From Candidatus Shapirobacteria bacterium (lineage in GTDB: Bacteria > Patescibacteriota > Microgenomatia > UBA12405), in assembly GCA_041661765.1 (NCBI GenBank), contig JBAZTV010000003.1, positions 1,064 through 65,063 on the forward strand: DNA of 64,000 nucleotides, in the 5' to 3' direction. The translations under genes and the position numbers were made by a program. The notes under the pieces are model-generated. The model saw only the letters and a list, made by a program, of their open reading frames with translations, searched no databases and was not told the origin of the DNA. Position 1 is the first letter of the stretch, and every line of letters starts with the position of its first letter. Shown piece by piece: positions 40,197 to 49,948 of this stretch.

Positions 40197-40465
40197 AATA
40201 AATCAATTAAACAAAATAAAACTCCTATTCCAATTATCCAATCATTAATATTATTGTAAAGACCCGTTCCTAAAAAATTCCAATAATCACCAACATATCC
40301 AAACATTATTCTCTCAATTAAGTTTAAAAAACCCCCAATAAAGATAAACCAATACCATCGACCTTTTTTAATACTCAAAACCAAAAAAACAAAAACAAAA
40401 ATCACACTCAACGCAATAAAAAAAAACCCACTTATTCCAAAACTTATTCCATAATTTTTGACCAT
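40178..40465 (-). CDS. Truncated lipoprotein signal peptidase-like protein (LspA-like, 95 aa)
   Basis: NYGISFGI and NINDW resemble LspA conserved boxes; only 12 nt to the upstream gene, so there is no room for a longer N-terminus. Confidence 0.4.
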   Translation of the reverse strand: MVKNYGISFGISGFFFIALSVIFVFVFLVLSIKKGRWYWFIFIGGFLNLIERIMFGYVGDYWNFLGTGLYNNINDWIIGIGVLFCLIDLLWKKSK

Positions 40466-40477
40466 AAAACCAAAAAA

Positions 40478-40861
40478 TTAATTTTCGCTTTCTTTACTAC
40501 ATTTAATACAAGTTGTTGCTTCTGCCCTAACCGCCAACCTATCAGTATCAATCATTTTTCCACATTTTTCACAAATTCCATATTTACCTATTTTAATTCT
40601 AGTTAATGCAGTTCTAAATTGTGCAATCTGCCTGCTCAAAAATTTAGTCTTAATTTCATTATCAAAATGGCCAATTTGTTCATCAACATCCTCTTCTAAA
40701 GAATTCTCAGTAGTCCTATTTTCATCCAAAAAGGGATCGTCTTTTTTTAATTGTTTTTTTGTTCTTTTAAGCTTAACTAGTTCTTTTTCCAAAAATAACT
40801 TAATCGGCAACAACAATCGACTAGGAAAATTTAAAATTACTTTATCTTTTTTTTCTCTCAT
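40478..40861 (-). CDS. DksA/TraR-family C4 zinc-finger protein
   Basis: CEKCGKMI...CIKC four-cysteine motif; coiled-coil N-part. Confidence 0.7.
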   Translation of the reverse strand: MREKKDKVILNFPSRLLLPIKLFLEKELVKLKRTKKQLKKDDPFLDENRTTENSLEEDVDEQIGHFDNEIKTKFLSRQIAQFRTALTRIKIGKYGICEKCGKMIDTDRLAVRAEATTCIKCSKESEN

Positions 40862-40862
40862 A

Positions 40863-41528
40863 TTATCTCCTCTTATTAATCGTTAAAAAATTAAAAACCT
40901 CACCTAAGATACACAATTCCACCAAAGAAATCAAACTAATAACCCAATATAAAATTGAATAAAATATATTAAATTTAAAAAATACCCCTAAAAAACCAAG
41001 TAATAAAAAAGACAATGAAATAGTTGATAAAAAAGCAAAACCTTTTTTACCGCTTTTGTACCAAACAAAAGATCTATATTTCTTTTTTGTCAGTTTCACA
41101 AAAAACACCATTAAGATCAAAAGCAATAAATATGCACCAATTTTAAGATCAAATTTTGTTCTCAAAAACTCATCTGCCACCAAAAAAACCAACAATACTA
41201 AATTATTAATTAATCCATCTTCGCAAAAAGGTATAATTTTCCAATTGTTCATTTTAGAAAAAATAACACTAGTCGCTATCAAAGTTAAAAATCCACCAAC
41301 ATAATCCATCCCCGGTTTATTCCAAACCGAAAACCAACTCATCCAATTATCGTTCCAAACACCAAAATTAACCAATCCATAAATAATTCTTCCACCAACA
41401 AAAAAACTCAACAGAGCAATCCAAGAATAAGTCACAATTTTATCTTCTTCGTAATTTTCTCTTAAATTTCTCCAAGTCAAATAAGCAAAAAGTATTATCC
41501 CAAAAGTTCTTATAATTCCTAAACTCAT
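40863..41528 (-). CDS. lgt: Prolipoprotein diacylglyceryl transferase-like membrane protein
   Basis: GGRIIYG...W..W..PGMDYVGGF resembles the Lgt signature; adjacent to the lspA-like gene. Confidence 0.45.
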   Translation of the reverse strand: MSLGIIRTFGIILFAYLTWRNLRENYEEDKIVTYSWIALLSFFVGGRIIYGLVNFGVWNDNWMSWFSVWNKPGMDYVGGFLTLIATSVIFSKMNNWKIIPFCEDGLINNLVLLVFLVADEFLRTKFDLKIGAYLLLLILMVFFVKLTKKKYRSFVWYKSGKKGFAFLSTISLSFLLLGFLGVFFKFNIFYSILYWVISLISLVELCILGEVFNFLTINKRR

Positions 41529-41552
41529 AATCTATTTTACCATTATCTTTTT

Positions 41553-41635
41553 GTACCGAAGGAGGGACTTGAACCCCCATGATATTGCTATCACACGATT
41601 TTGAGTCGTGCGTGTCTACCATTCCACCACTCCGG
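41553..41635 (-). tRNA. tRNA-Leu (anticodon CAA), type II with long variable arm
   Basis: Manual cloverleaf on the reverse complement: acceptor GCCGGAG, anticodon stem CACGA/UCGUG with loop CUCAAAA, 16-nt variable arm, T-arm GGGGG-UUCAAGU-CCCUC. Confidence 0.75.
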
Positions 41636-41681
41636 CTTGAAAGTAAATCTATTATCTCACAACCAAAGCTATTTTTTAAGT

Positions 41682-41700
41682 TGTAGAGACCCCCTGTGGG
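41682..41700 (+). repeat. Partial REP (GTAGAGAC + CCCCtgtGGGG hairpin) at the 3' end of the RAYT gene
   Basis: Shares the GTAGAGAC head with the other REPs. Confidence 0.5.
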
Positions 41701-41916
41701 GCAATTTATAAAATTTATCTTTTTGCCAATTAATAGGATTATTGATTATATAATTTTTGATCATTAATAGTTCTTTTTCATCTTTAATGATTTGATCGTG
41801 GAAACGAGGTTGCCAAGCAAACCAAAGATTTTGATGGTTACAAATTGATTTTACTGAAGCTTTAAATAATTTTATAACTCTAGGAATAATCTGATTGGAT
41901 TTAATATTAATTTTTT

Positions 41917-41942
41917 GTAGAGACGCATTGAATGCGTCTCTT
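41917..41942 (+). repeat. REP-like palindrome GTAGAGACGCATT-ga-AATGCGTCTCT inside the RAYT gene
   Basis: 11-bp perfect stem, GTAG head. Confidence 0.8.
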
Positions 41943-41994
41943 GTATTATTATTTGTATTTTGTGTTGAATTATTGTTTGTATCCTGTGTTAGAC

Positions 41995-42019
41995 AGAGAC
42001 GCACACAGTGCGTCTCTAC
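41995..42019 (-). repeat. REP-like palindrome AGAGACGCAC-aca-GTGCGTCTCTAC (GTAG head on the minus strand), inverted relative to 41917; the two form a BIME-like doublet
   Basis: 10-bp perfect stem, CTAC tail on plus. Confidence 0.8.
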
Positions 42020-42350
42020 ATTTGTGTTAAGTGGTTGGTTTTTAATTTGAATTAATATATGCACATGGTTTGGCATAATTACCCATTCATGTAATTTAAT
42101 ATTTTTTCTTATTTTAAATGTTTTTAATAATTCAGATTTAGTAAAAATCACCACGTTTAGATAATTTCATTTTATTATCAATAATTTTTCCAAAAAAATT
42201 ATTATGGTTGTAAGTGCAGATGGTGATGAAATAATATCCAGGGGTGGAATAATTCCAATTTTGAAGACGAGAATATTTTAATTTAAATTTGTCGGCAAAT
42301 TTGGTTGGATTATCGACCACACATTATTGTAACAATTTTTACAAAATAAA

Positions 42351-42941
42351 CTATTTACCCCACTCCCATCCCAATTTATCCGGAATACTTCTGTATAGAA
42401 TACCTTTCTTTTTTGGCATTATTTGTCCTGATATTTTTTCTTTAGCTATCTTTAATAAAAACGTTTCCGAACCATTTGACTTAGGACATAAAGCCATGTC
42501 TAAATTTTTAGGATCTTTTTTAAATTCTCCAAGCAATTCACTAATAGTTTTATTATTATCTTTTGAAAAATAAATCTCTTTACTTATACTTTTAAATTCT
42601 GAATCTTCTATTAAATAGAATTCCTCATTTTTTAAACTCGGAACATAAGACAAGATATTATCTTCTGTCTTTAATAAATCCACAACAGAAAATCTGTCAT
42701 CAGATAATTCATAACTATGATGAAAATAGTTTTCTAAAAACTGATATTTTGCCAAAAGATTTTCTTTACCACCCAGTGACTTTATAATTTCTTCTTGACA
42801 TAATTTCTGAAGAGCTTTTCTTCCATTTAAATATGCAATTTTTTCATCTCTTGTTTCTACTTTATTTTCATTTTGAGATGGATTATAACCACCAAACTCA
42901 TCAATACTAACATTATAATCCATATTATTTTTTTCACTCAT
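42351..42941 (-). CDS. Hypothetical protein
   Basis: 196-aa ORF, no motifs recognised. Confidence 0.4.
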   Translation of the reverse strand: MSEKNNMDYNVSIDEFGGYNPSQNENKVETRDEKIAYLNGRKALQKLCQEEIIKSLGGKENLLAKYQFLENYFHHSYELSDDRFSVVDLLKTEDNILSYVPSLKNEEFYLIEDSEFKSISKEIYFSKDNNKTISELLGEFKKDPKNLDMALCPKSNGSETFLLKIAKEKISGQIMPKKKGILYRSIPDKLGWEWGK

Positions 42942-42963
42942 AATATGAGTATATCATTTTCTT

Positions 42964-44274
42964 TTATTGTTTTTTCTCCACATCAAAGAAACTCACTTGT
43001 TTACCATTAAAGTACAAATTAAAACTTCCGGTTGGACCATTTCTATGTTTTTCAATATTACAACTCACCATCTCACGAACTTCTTCATCTTCTCGATATA
43101 AAAAGAACACCACATCAGCATCCTGCTCAATACTTCCTGATTCTCTTAAATCAGACAATCGTGGTCGTCCTCCCCTCGCCTCCATGGCTCTTGACAATTG
43201 AGCCAATGCTAAAACCGGAACTTTTAATTCTCTTGCTAAGTTTTTTAATCCCTGAGAAATTTCCGAAACCTCTTGAACCCGATTATCTCGAGTACTTCCA
43301 TGCATTAATTGTAAATAATCCACAACAATAAGTTTAATTCCTTTATCCACCTGCAATCTTCTAGCCTTAGTTCTCAATTCTGTCACAGTTAAACCAGGTG
43401 TATCATCTATATAAAGCGGTGCTTCGGCTAATACACCCATTGCTTCCGACAAGGAATCAAAGTCATTAACCGACAACTGTCCCGTCTTCAATTTCCAAGC
43501 ATCAATTAATCCTTGTCTAACCAATAAACGATCCACTAGTTCTTCTTTGCTCATTTCCAATGAAAATATACAAACCGGCATTTTTTTTTCTACCGCCACA
43601 TAACGAGCAATATTCAAACCAAAAGCAGTTTTACCTACACCTGGCCGTGCCGCCAAAATCAACAAGTTACTATCTTGCATCCCCGCCAAAATGTTATCTA
43701 ACCCATTAAAACCACTCGGCACTCCCCTTAACCCTGTTCCCATTTTTTGCAATTCATCTAATCGATCAAAACTCGCTGTTAATACCTCTCTTAATGAAGT
43801 TGGAATCGATTTTAAATGTTTTTGTGATAAAGAAAAAATTTCCTGTTCGGCAATATCCAATAATTGGTCTGCTGGTAAACCAGGATCAAAAGCTTTTTCA
43901 CTAATTCTTCCCGCTGCCGAAATTAACTCTCTTTTAGCCGACAACGATTTAATAATATGTCCATAACTTTCCACATTTGCCGCCGTCGGCACTTCACTTG
44001 CCAATCTAGTTAAAAATCCTTTACCTCCAATCTTTTTTAAAATTTTAAACTCTTTTAATTTTTCCGCTACAGTCACAATATCAATCGGCATTCTCTCTTC
44101 ATACAACTTCATCATTGCCTCATAAATCTTGCCATAATTTGAATTGTAAAAATGTTCCGATCTCAAAAATTCAGACACTGCTAAAACTGCATCATTATCA
44201 ATTAAAATCGAACCCAATACACAAACCTCAGCCTCTTCTGAAGAGGGAGGTAACCTAATCACATCTGTTGTCAT
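42964..44274 (-). CDS. dnaB: Replicative DNA helicase DnaB
   Basis: Walker A ARPGVGKT in a RecA-like C-domain; DnaB N-domain. Confidence 0.9.
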   Translation of the reverse strand: MTTDVIRLPPSSEEAEVCVLGSILIDNDAVLAVSEFLRSEHFYNSNYGKIYEAMMKLYEERMPIDIVTVAEKLKEFKILKKIGGKGFLTRLASEVPTAANVESYGHIIKSLSAKRELISAAGRISEKAFDPGLPADQLLDIAEQEIFSLSQKHLKSIPTSLREVLTASFDRLDELQKMGTGLRGVPSGFNGLDNILAGMQDSNLLILAARPGVGKTAFGLNIARYVAVEKKMPVCIFSLEMSKEELVDRLLVRQGLIDAWKLKTGQLSVNDFDSLSEAMGVLAEAPLYIDDTPGLTVTELRTKARRLQVDKGIKLIVVDYLQLMHGSTRDNRVQEVSEISQGLKNLARELKVPVLALAQLSRAMEARGGRPRLSDLRESGSIEQDADVVFFLYREDEEVREMVSCNIEKHRNGPTGSFNLYFNGKQVSFFDVEKKQ

Positions 44275-44281
44275 AAAAATA

Positions 44282-44881
44282 TTATACCTTTTTTAATACC
44301 TTCAATTCCAAACCGTCTGGCAAATCATTTTTATCAACTTTTAAAGATTCAACTGCTTCCAATCCTTCTTGATCAACCTGATCCAAAAATTTATCTAAAT
44401 TAGTATTATCTTCATCATCATAACCAATCGGAATTAAATAATTTACACCCCATTTTTTGGCCCAACCCAAGACCGACTTTCCACTCAAATCATCTTTTAT
44501 TAAAACTGGAGCAAATAACACATCAGCTGAATTAATTTTTTCAATTCTTTTATCACTCAACGATTCATCTAAATCTCCCAAAAACACCACTTTAATTCCA
44601 TCAATATTAACAATAAAAAAAGTGTTTTCCCCACCAGCAGAATAACCATTTATTTCAACACCACCAACTTCATATTCTCCCGGAGCTCGAATTAAAATTT
44701 TATCACCACTAAAGCCCATTCCATCATACTTTTCCGCTGTAAATAAAAAAATTCTTGACGGATATTTAGCATCATCTCTTCTTTTTTCGCTCGGATTAAT
44801 TAAAATATTTTCCTTTTTACCTTTTAAATAAACTGAATTGTTTTCTAAAACTTTTATTTCCATATGGTTCAATTCTATCAC
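44282..44881 (-). CDS. Hypothetical protein (possibly a degenerate MBL-fold)
   Basis: 199 aa; no HxHxDH. Confidence 0.35.
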   Translation of the reverse strand: MIELNHMEIKVLENNSVYLKGKKENILINPSEKRRDDAKYPSRIFLFTAEKYDGMGFSGDKILIRAPGEYEVGGVEINGYSAGGENTFFIVNIDGIKVVFLGDLDESLSDKRIEKINSADVLFAPVLIKDDLSGKSVLGWAKKWGVNYLIPIGYDDEDNTNLDKFLDQVDQEGLEAVESLKVDKNDLPDGLELKVLKKV

Positions 44882-44919
44882 CTTAGTTCGATTTTTTGTG
44901 ATATGATCTATATCATCAG

Positions 44920-45369
44920 ATGATAAAAGAATATTTTATTGCCATTATCCTCGGCGCAATTTTAGGTTTCGGTGTCACCGGATCTTTTTTTGCCCTTCAT
45001 CAAAATAATACAAAACAAAATATCACCACAATTTCTCCTGTTCCCACCAATACACAAATGTCTACTCAAGTTTCTATTACCCCATCCATTTCTGAAAAAA
45101 AATCTTCCATCGATATCATTTCTCCAGAAAATAATACTGTTCTTTCCACTGCCAAAACTAATATTAAGGGTAATACTAAACCAAATAGCTTAATAATTAT
45201 TTCTACACCCTCCCAAACTTTCAGTGACAAAAGTAATTCCAATGGTGTTTTTAATATTAATATCGAACTTGACAGTGGTGTCAATTTCATTAAAATCAGT
45301 AGCATCGATTCAGATGACAACCAAGAGGAAACCGAATTGAATCTTACTTATTCAACTACCAAAATTTAA
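44920..45369 (+). CDS. Hypothetical membrane-anchored Ser/Thr-rich protein
   Basis: N-terminal TM; low-complexity extracellular part. Confidence 0.4.
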   Translation: MIKEYFIAIILGAILGFGVTGSFFALHQNNTKQNITTISPVPTNTQMSTQVSITPSISEKKSSIDIISPENNTVLSTAKTNIKGNTKPNSLIIISTPSQTFSDKSNSNGVFNINIELDSGVNFIKISSIDSDDNQEETELNLTYSTTKI

Positions 45370-45370
45370 T

Positions 45371-46087
45371 ATGTACTTACTTTTATCTTTTCTCCTATCT
45401 TTATTTTTTCCTAACCAAATATTTGCCAAAGAAGCCACTGCTACCGCTTCAACTTCAGATAAAAACTTAACCGAAGAGGTCCGAGAAATGGTCGCCAAAA
45501 GAGTAAAAGAAATTAAACAGAATGATACTAATAGTTCTTCTTTGACCACTCCAAAATCTATTACTGGCACTATCTCTAAAATCGAAAACAGTAAAATAAT
45601 AATCACTGATAAAAATGATTCAAAAACTATTACTTTCTCTGAAGATACTGTTTTTATTGATGTTAAAAAAAATAAAATCAAAATTGATAACCTTAAGTCT
45701 GGACAAGTAATTTTATCTATGGGTTATTACGATCAATACGACAATTTTGAAGCCAAAAGAATTGTTATTATTACTTCAGAATCTATTGAAAATAAAAATG
45801 AAATAATTTTTGGAAAGATTGCTGATATCTCTCAAACATCAAATGTCTTGATTTTAATCCCTATAAAAAACAAAAATACCCAATATCAAATAAAATCCGA
45901 CTCAAAAACCAAAATTGTTGATGAAAATGGAAACATTTTAACCATTAGTAAGTTAAAATCTGGTCAAAAAATTGTCGCCGTAATTCAACCAGATGCTAAA
46001 ATTGCCAACACTTTTAATGTTTCCCATATTATTACCTTCAATTCAAATTCCACTTCCAATTCTCCCACTCCAACTCCTAAAAAATAG
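45371..46087 (+). CDS. Hypothetical secreted protein (signal peptide MYLLLSFLLSLFFPNQIFA)
   Basis: Signal-peptide-like N-terminus; no motifs. Confidence 0.4.
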   Translation: MYLLLSFLLSLFFPNQIFAKEATATASTSDKNLTEEVREMVAKRVKEIKQNDTNSSSLTTPKSITGTISKIENSKIIITDKNDSKTITFSEDTVFIDVKKNKIKIDNLKSGQVILSMGYYDQYDNFEAKRIVIITSESIENKNEIIFGKIADISQTSNVLILIPIKNKNTQYQIKSDSKTKIVDENGNILTISKLKSGQKIVAVIQPDAKIANTFNVSHIITFNSNSTSNSPTPTPKK

Positions 46088-46146
46088 AATCATTCCTTTT
46101 TTTTAAAAACCATCAAAGCTTGATATAATAGTCAAGCAATTATCAT

Positions 46147-46224
46147 GGTGGTATTAGCTCAATTGGTTAGAGCGCAGCTCTGTGAAAGCTGAGGTTGCCG
46201 GTTCAAGTCCGGTATACCACCCCA
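46147..46224 (+). tRNA. tRNA-His (anticodon GTG) with encoded G-1 and 3' CCA
   Basis: G-1 + GUGGUAU acceptor pairing AUACCAC; anticodon stem CAGCU/AGCUG with loop CUGUGAA; T-arm GCCGG-UUCAAGU-CCGGU. Confidence 0.8.
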
Positions 46225-46262
46225 GATTTAAAAATTATCTTAAAATATACTTATAAACTAAA

Positions 46263-48356
46263 ATGAATTTAAATAAAATTTTTTATCCAAAATCAATTGC
46301 CATAATTGGAGCATCAACTCGAGAAGGAACTGTGGGTAATGATATTGTTAAGAATTTAGTTAATCAAAAATTTACAGGTAAAATTTATCCGATTAATCCA
46401 AAAACAGATACTCTTTATAATTTAGCGTGTTATCCAAGCGTAGGTCATATTGATGATGAAATTGATTTGGCGATCGTAGTAGTGCCAGCGATAATAGTAC
46501 CTGAAATGATGCAGGAAATTGCTAATAAAAATATTAAAGGAGTAATCATCATTTCAGCTGGTTTTAAAGAAATGGGGAGAATTGATTTAGAAAATAAAGT
46601 TAAAGAAATTTGTTTTAAAAATGATATTACTTTAATTGGTCCTAATTGTTTAGGAGTAATTAATCCAGAAATAAAAATGAATTCATCTTTTGCAATGTCC
46701 ATGCCAAATACGGGGAATTTAGCATTTTTGTCACAAAGCGGAGCCTTATGTACTGCAGTTTTAGATTGTGCTCAATCTTTAGGGATTGGTTTTTCAAAAT
46801 TTATTAGTGTAGGCAACAAAGCCTGCGTTGATGAGGTTGATTTTTTGGAATATTTTAGTGAAGACCAAAATACAAAAGTGATTGCCATTTATGCAGAACA
46901 ATTAACAAGAGCACAAGAATTAATTAAATCAGTTTTAAAATTAGCTAAAGAAAAACAAAAACCAATAATTTTAGTTAAAGCGGGTAAGACTAATGATGGA
47001 GCCAATGCTTCGGCTTCTCATACTGGAGCTTTAGGTGGTAGTGATGCAGCATATGAGGCCTTATTTAAACAAAGTGGCATTATCAGAGCTGAAAGTGTAT
47101 CTGAATTCTTTGATTTTATTCAAGTATTTACTAATAACCCCCTACCCCAAGGAAATAGGGTGGCAATTGTGACTAACGCTGGAGGTCCGGGAGTTTTAGC
47201 TACTGATGAGGCAATATTAAATAATTTAGTTTTGGTAAAATTAAGTGAAGAAACAAAAAATAATTTAAAGCAAAATTTACCGGAAGCAGCTAATGTAAAT
47301 AATCCAATAGACGTATTAGGTGATGCAAAGGCTGATAGATACAGAGCGGCAATGGAAACAGTAATTAAAGATGAAAAAGTGGATAGTGTAGTAGTAATTT
47401 TAACACCTCAATCAACGACTGAAATTGAAGCTACGGCTCAAATGTTGATCGAAACCAAAAAACAAAATAATAAACCCATTGTGGCTTGTTTTATGGGAGA
47501 AACAACTGTAATAAAAGCAGTGGAGATGATGAGAACAAATGGAATTAGTGTAATTAGTTTTCCAGAACAAGCAATAAAATCTTTAGCAGCACTAACTAAA
47601 TTTGCTGAAATTACTAGAGAAAATGAAATTGAACAATTTGAAAAAATAGATGTTGATAAACAAAAGGTAATAGAAATTTTTAATGAAGCACGTAGTCAAA
47701 ATATAACTAAATTTCCAGAAGCTCAAGCCTTGAAAATTTTAGAAGCGTATAAATTCCCTCTTTTAAAGAATAAAGTGGCTACCAATGCCAATGAAGCTAG
47801 TGAAATTGCTAAAGATTTTGGAACTAATTTGGCTATGAAAATAGTTTCTCAAGATATTTTACATAAAAGTGATATAGGTGGAGTGATACTGGATATTAAA
47901 GTAGAAGAGGCCGGAATTAAGTTTACTGAAATGGTAGAAAAAATTAAAACTAAATTACCAAATGCCAAAATTGAAGGTGTACTTTTAATGGAAATGGCGC
48001 CAAAAAATGGAGTTGAATTAATTTTAGGAGCAAAAAAAGACCCCGCTTTAGGACAAACGATAATGGTTGGTTTGGGGGGAATTTATGTGGAAGTGTTTAA
48101 AGATATAACTTTTGGAATTGTACCGATTAATAAAACTGATGCTAAAAAAATGATCGATAGTATTAAAGTTAAAAAATTATTTGAGGGAGTTCGAGGTGGA
48201 GTTGCGCTAGATGTTGAAGTATTAATCGAAACTTTAGGCCGATTATCCAAATTACTTTCAGATTTTCCAGAAATTGAAGAATTAGATATTAATCCCCTGT
48301 TGATATTACCACAAGGACAGGGAGTTAAAGTTTTGGACGCCAGAATTTTAATATGA
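46263..48356 (+). CDS. ADP-forming acetyl-CoA synthetase / NDP-forming acyl-CoA synthetase (alpha-beta fusion)
   Basis: N-terminal CoA-binding domain (IAIIGAS...G), succinyl-CoA-synthetase-like flavodoxin domain, C-terminal ATP-grasp; 697 aa. Confidence 0.65.
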   Translation: MNLNKIFYPKSIAIIGASTREGTVGNDIVKNLVNQKFTGKIYPINPKTDTLYNLACYPSVGHIDDEIDLAIVVVPAIIVPEMMQEIANKNIKGVIIISAGFKEMGRIDLENKVKEICFKNDITLIGPNCLGVINPEIKMNSSFAMSMPNTGNLAFLSQSGALCTAVLDCAQSLGIGFSKFISVGNKACVDEVDFLEYFSEDQNTKVIAIYAEQLTRAQELIKSVLKLAKEKQKPIILVKAGKTNDGANASASHTGALGGSDAAYEALFKQSGIIRAESVSEFFDFIQVFTNNPLPQGNRVAIVTNAGGPGVLATDEAILNNLVLVKLSEETKNNLKQNLPEAANVNNPIDVLGDAKADRYRAAMETVIKDEKVDSVVVILTPQSTTEIEATAQMLIETKKQNNKPIVACFMGETTVIKAVEMMRTNGISVISFPEQAIKSLAALTKFAEITRENEIEQFEKIDVDKQKVIEIFNEARSQNITKFPEAQALKILEAYKFPLLKNKVATNANEASEIAKDFGTNLAMKIVSQDILHKSDIGGVILDIKVEEAGIKFTEMVEKIKTKLPNAKIEGVLLMEMAPKNGVELILGAKKDPALGQTIMVGLGGIYVEVFKDITFGIVPINKTDAKKMIDSIKVKKLFEGVRGGVALDVEVLIETLGRLSKLLSDFPEIEELDINPLLILPQGQGVKVLDARILI

Positions 48357-49180
48357 TAAAGTACCATATGGTCGAAAAAAATACTTCAACTCCAGAAAAT
48401 TTAAATTCACTCAAAATTGAAACCATTAAATCAGGTAACAACGAAGTCTCCGTCTGTCCACAACGCGGTGGAATAATTACCTCTTTAAAATTAAATGGCA
48501 CTGAAATACTCTTTTTAAATCCAGAAAATTTTAATGACGTCAAAAATAATGTCCGAGGTGGTATCCCCATTCTTTTTCCCAACGCCGGTCCAATTACCAC
48601 CACCGATTCAGAATTTTCCAATTTAAAACAACACGGTTTTGCTAGAAATTCTTCAAAATGGAATTTTCAACAAACCACCAACGGATTCATTGAAAATTTA
48701 TCTTCAAACGAAGAAACATTAAAAGTCTATCCTTGTAAATTTAAACTTTCCATTATTGGAAAATTTGAGAAAGACGATTCTTTTACTCTCACTCAAGAAG
48801 TAAAAAATGAAGATAATAAAGAAATACCAGTTTCTTTCGGACTTCATCCTTATTTCAATGTTCCTACAAATCAAAAAAATAACATTGAATTTAATTTTCC
48901 AGGTGGTGAAATTATTAAAAATGAAACTGATAAATGGTCAAACGGTGGCACCACTTCCATTGATAATCCTCAAAAATTAGAAACTAAAATTCCAACAATT
49001 GGAACAATTACTCTTAACACCTCACCAGAATATCAACGAATTTGGACTTGGTCCATAAAAGATGAAAATTTTATCTGTATTGAACCAGTCATGCGCAATG
49101 TAAATGGTCTTGTTGAAAATCCAGAAAAAATCCAGCCCCAAGCCACTTTTTCCGCCAGTGTCAATTTTAAATTAAAATAA
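48353..49180 (+). CDS. Aldose 1-epimerase-family protein (mutarotase-like)
   Basis: HGFARN...W and LHPYFN motifs. Confidence 0.55.
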   Translation: MIKYHMVEKNTSTPENLNSLKIETIKSGNNEVSVCPQRGGIITSLKLNGTEILFLNPENFNDVKNNVRGGIPILFPNAGPITTTDSEFSNLKQHGFARNSSKWNFQQTTNGFIENLSSNEETLKVYPCKFKLSIIGKFEKDDSFTLTQEVKNEDNKEIPVSFGLHPYFNVPTNQKNNIEFNFPGGEIIKNETDKWSNGGTTSIDNPQKLETKIPTIGTITLNTSPEYQRIWTWSIKDENFICIEPVMRNVNGLVENPEKIQPQATFSASVNFKLK

Positions 49181-49281
49181 TATTTAAATCCCATAAACCC
49201 AACACAATTTGTTGATAAATCTTTTTTTTATTGTATAATCACGTGCTAGACTTTTTAAGTCATTTAGCACATTAAATTTTT

Positions 49282-49749
49282 GTGAAAGGTGGAATCCCGG
49301 TGAGTTTAAAACAACACCACGACGCCCTTTTAGATGGTCTACATCCAATCTTCCCAGAATCCATTAAAATAATAAATCAAATTTGCGGCAACAGAGAAGT
49401 AATACGTGGAATCGAATTCGAAAAAGTTAGTCAAACAATTGATGGATTTCTAAAAATTATACGACCCACCACTAGTGATGATTACTGTTGGTTTTGGGGA
49501 TTAGTTTTTAATATCCAAAATGAAGAAGTTATTATCACTTTTCCATGGGCTCAAGATTGGGATAAAAAAGACGGAATCCAACTTGATCGATCAATAGCCG
49601 TCTATATTAAAAAACCTTGGTTTCAGATTCTAGTTTTTAAATTCAAAAATAAACTTCATATTAAACAGTCAACCATCATTCTGACTAACGAAAATAAAAT
49701 TAACCAACTCATAAGCGAATTGGCTATTGGATTTCAAAAACCTAAATAA
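49282..49749 (+). CDS. Hypothetical protein (GTG start)
   Basis: 155-aa ORF. Confidence 0.35.
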   Translation: MKGGIPVSLKQHHDALLDGLHPIFPESIKIINQICGNREVIRGIEFEKVSQTIDGFLKIIRPTTSDDYCWFWGLVFNIQNEEVIITFPWAQDWDKKDGIQLDRSIAVYIKKPWFQILVFKFKNKLHIKQSTIILTNENKINQLISELAIGFQKPK

Positions 49750-49948
49750 AACTACCTATCAACAATCAATTTAAATCCCTCAAAATTTAATCATCACTAT
49801 TATTTAGTGACGACAATAATTTAATAGAGGGGCTTTTTTTTAAAAAACTTACTATTAATTATTTGACTTATTAAAAATTTTGAGTCACAAACGAAAATAT
49901 TTTGTCTTAAAACACGATTCCGATTTATTGGGATAAATAGTTATTACA

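Larger units (their letters stand above)
41669..42320 (-). pseudogene. REP-associated tyrosine transposase (RAYT; IS200/IS605 TnpA-like HUH Y1 transposase). It is split by a frameshift near 42138-42154 and carries an in-frame inverted REP doublet
   Basis: N-part YSTPGYYFITICT and HUH motif VIMPNHVHILI; C-part WQPRFHDQIIKDEKELLMIKNYIINNP; two overlapping ORFs (42138..42320 and 41669..42154) in different frames. Confidence 0.7.

Noticed and set aside
41440-41622. 60-aa minus-strand ORF
   Set aside because: It lies entirely over tRNA-Leu(CAA) at 41553..41635; this is a spurious ORF.
49750-49948. Possible T-box leader upstream of hisS
   Set aside because: No T-box consensus (AATTAGGGTGGTACCGCG-like) or specifier/antiterminator architecture is visible.
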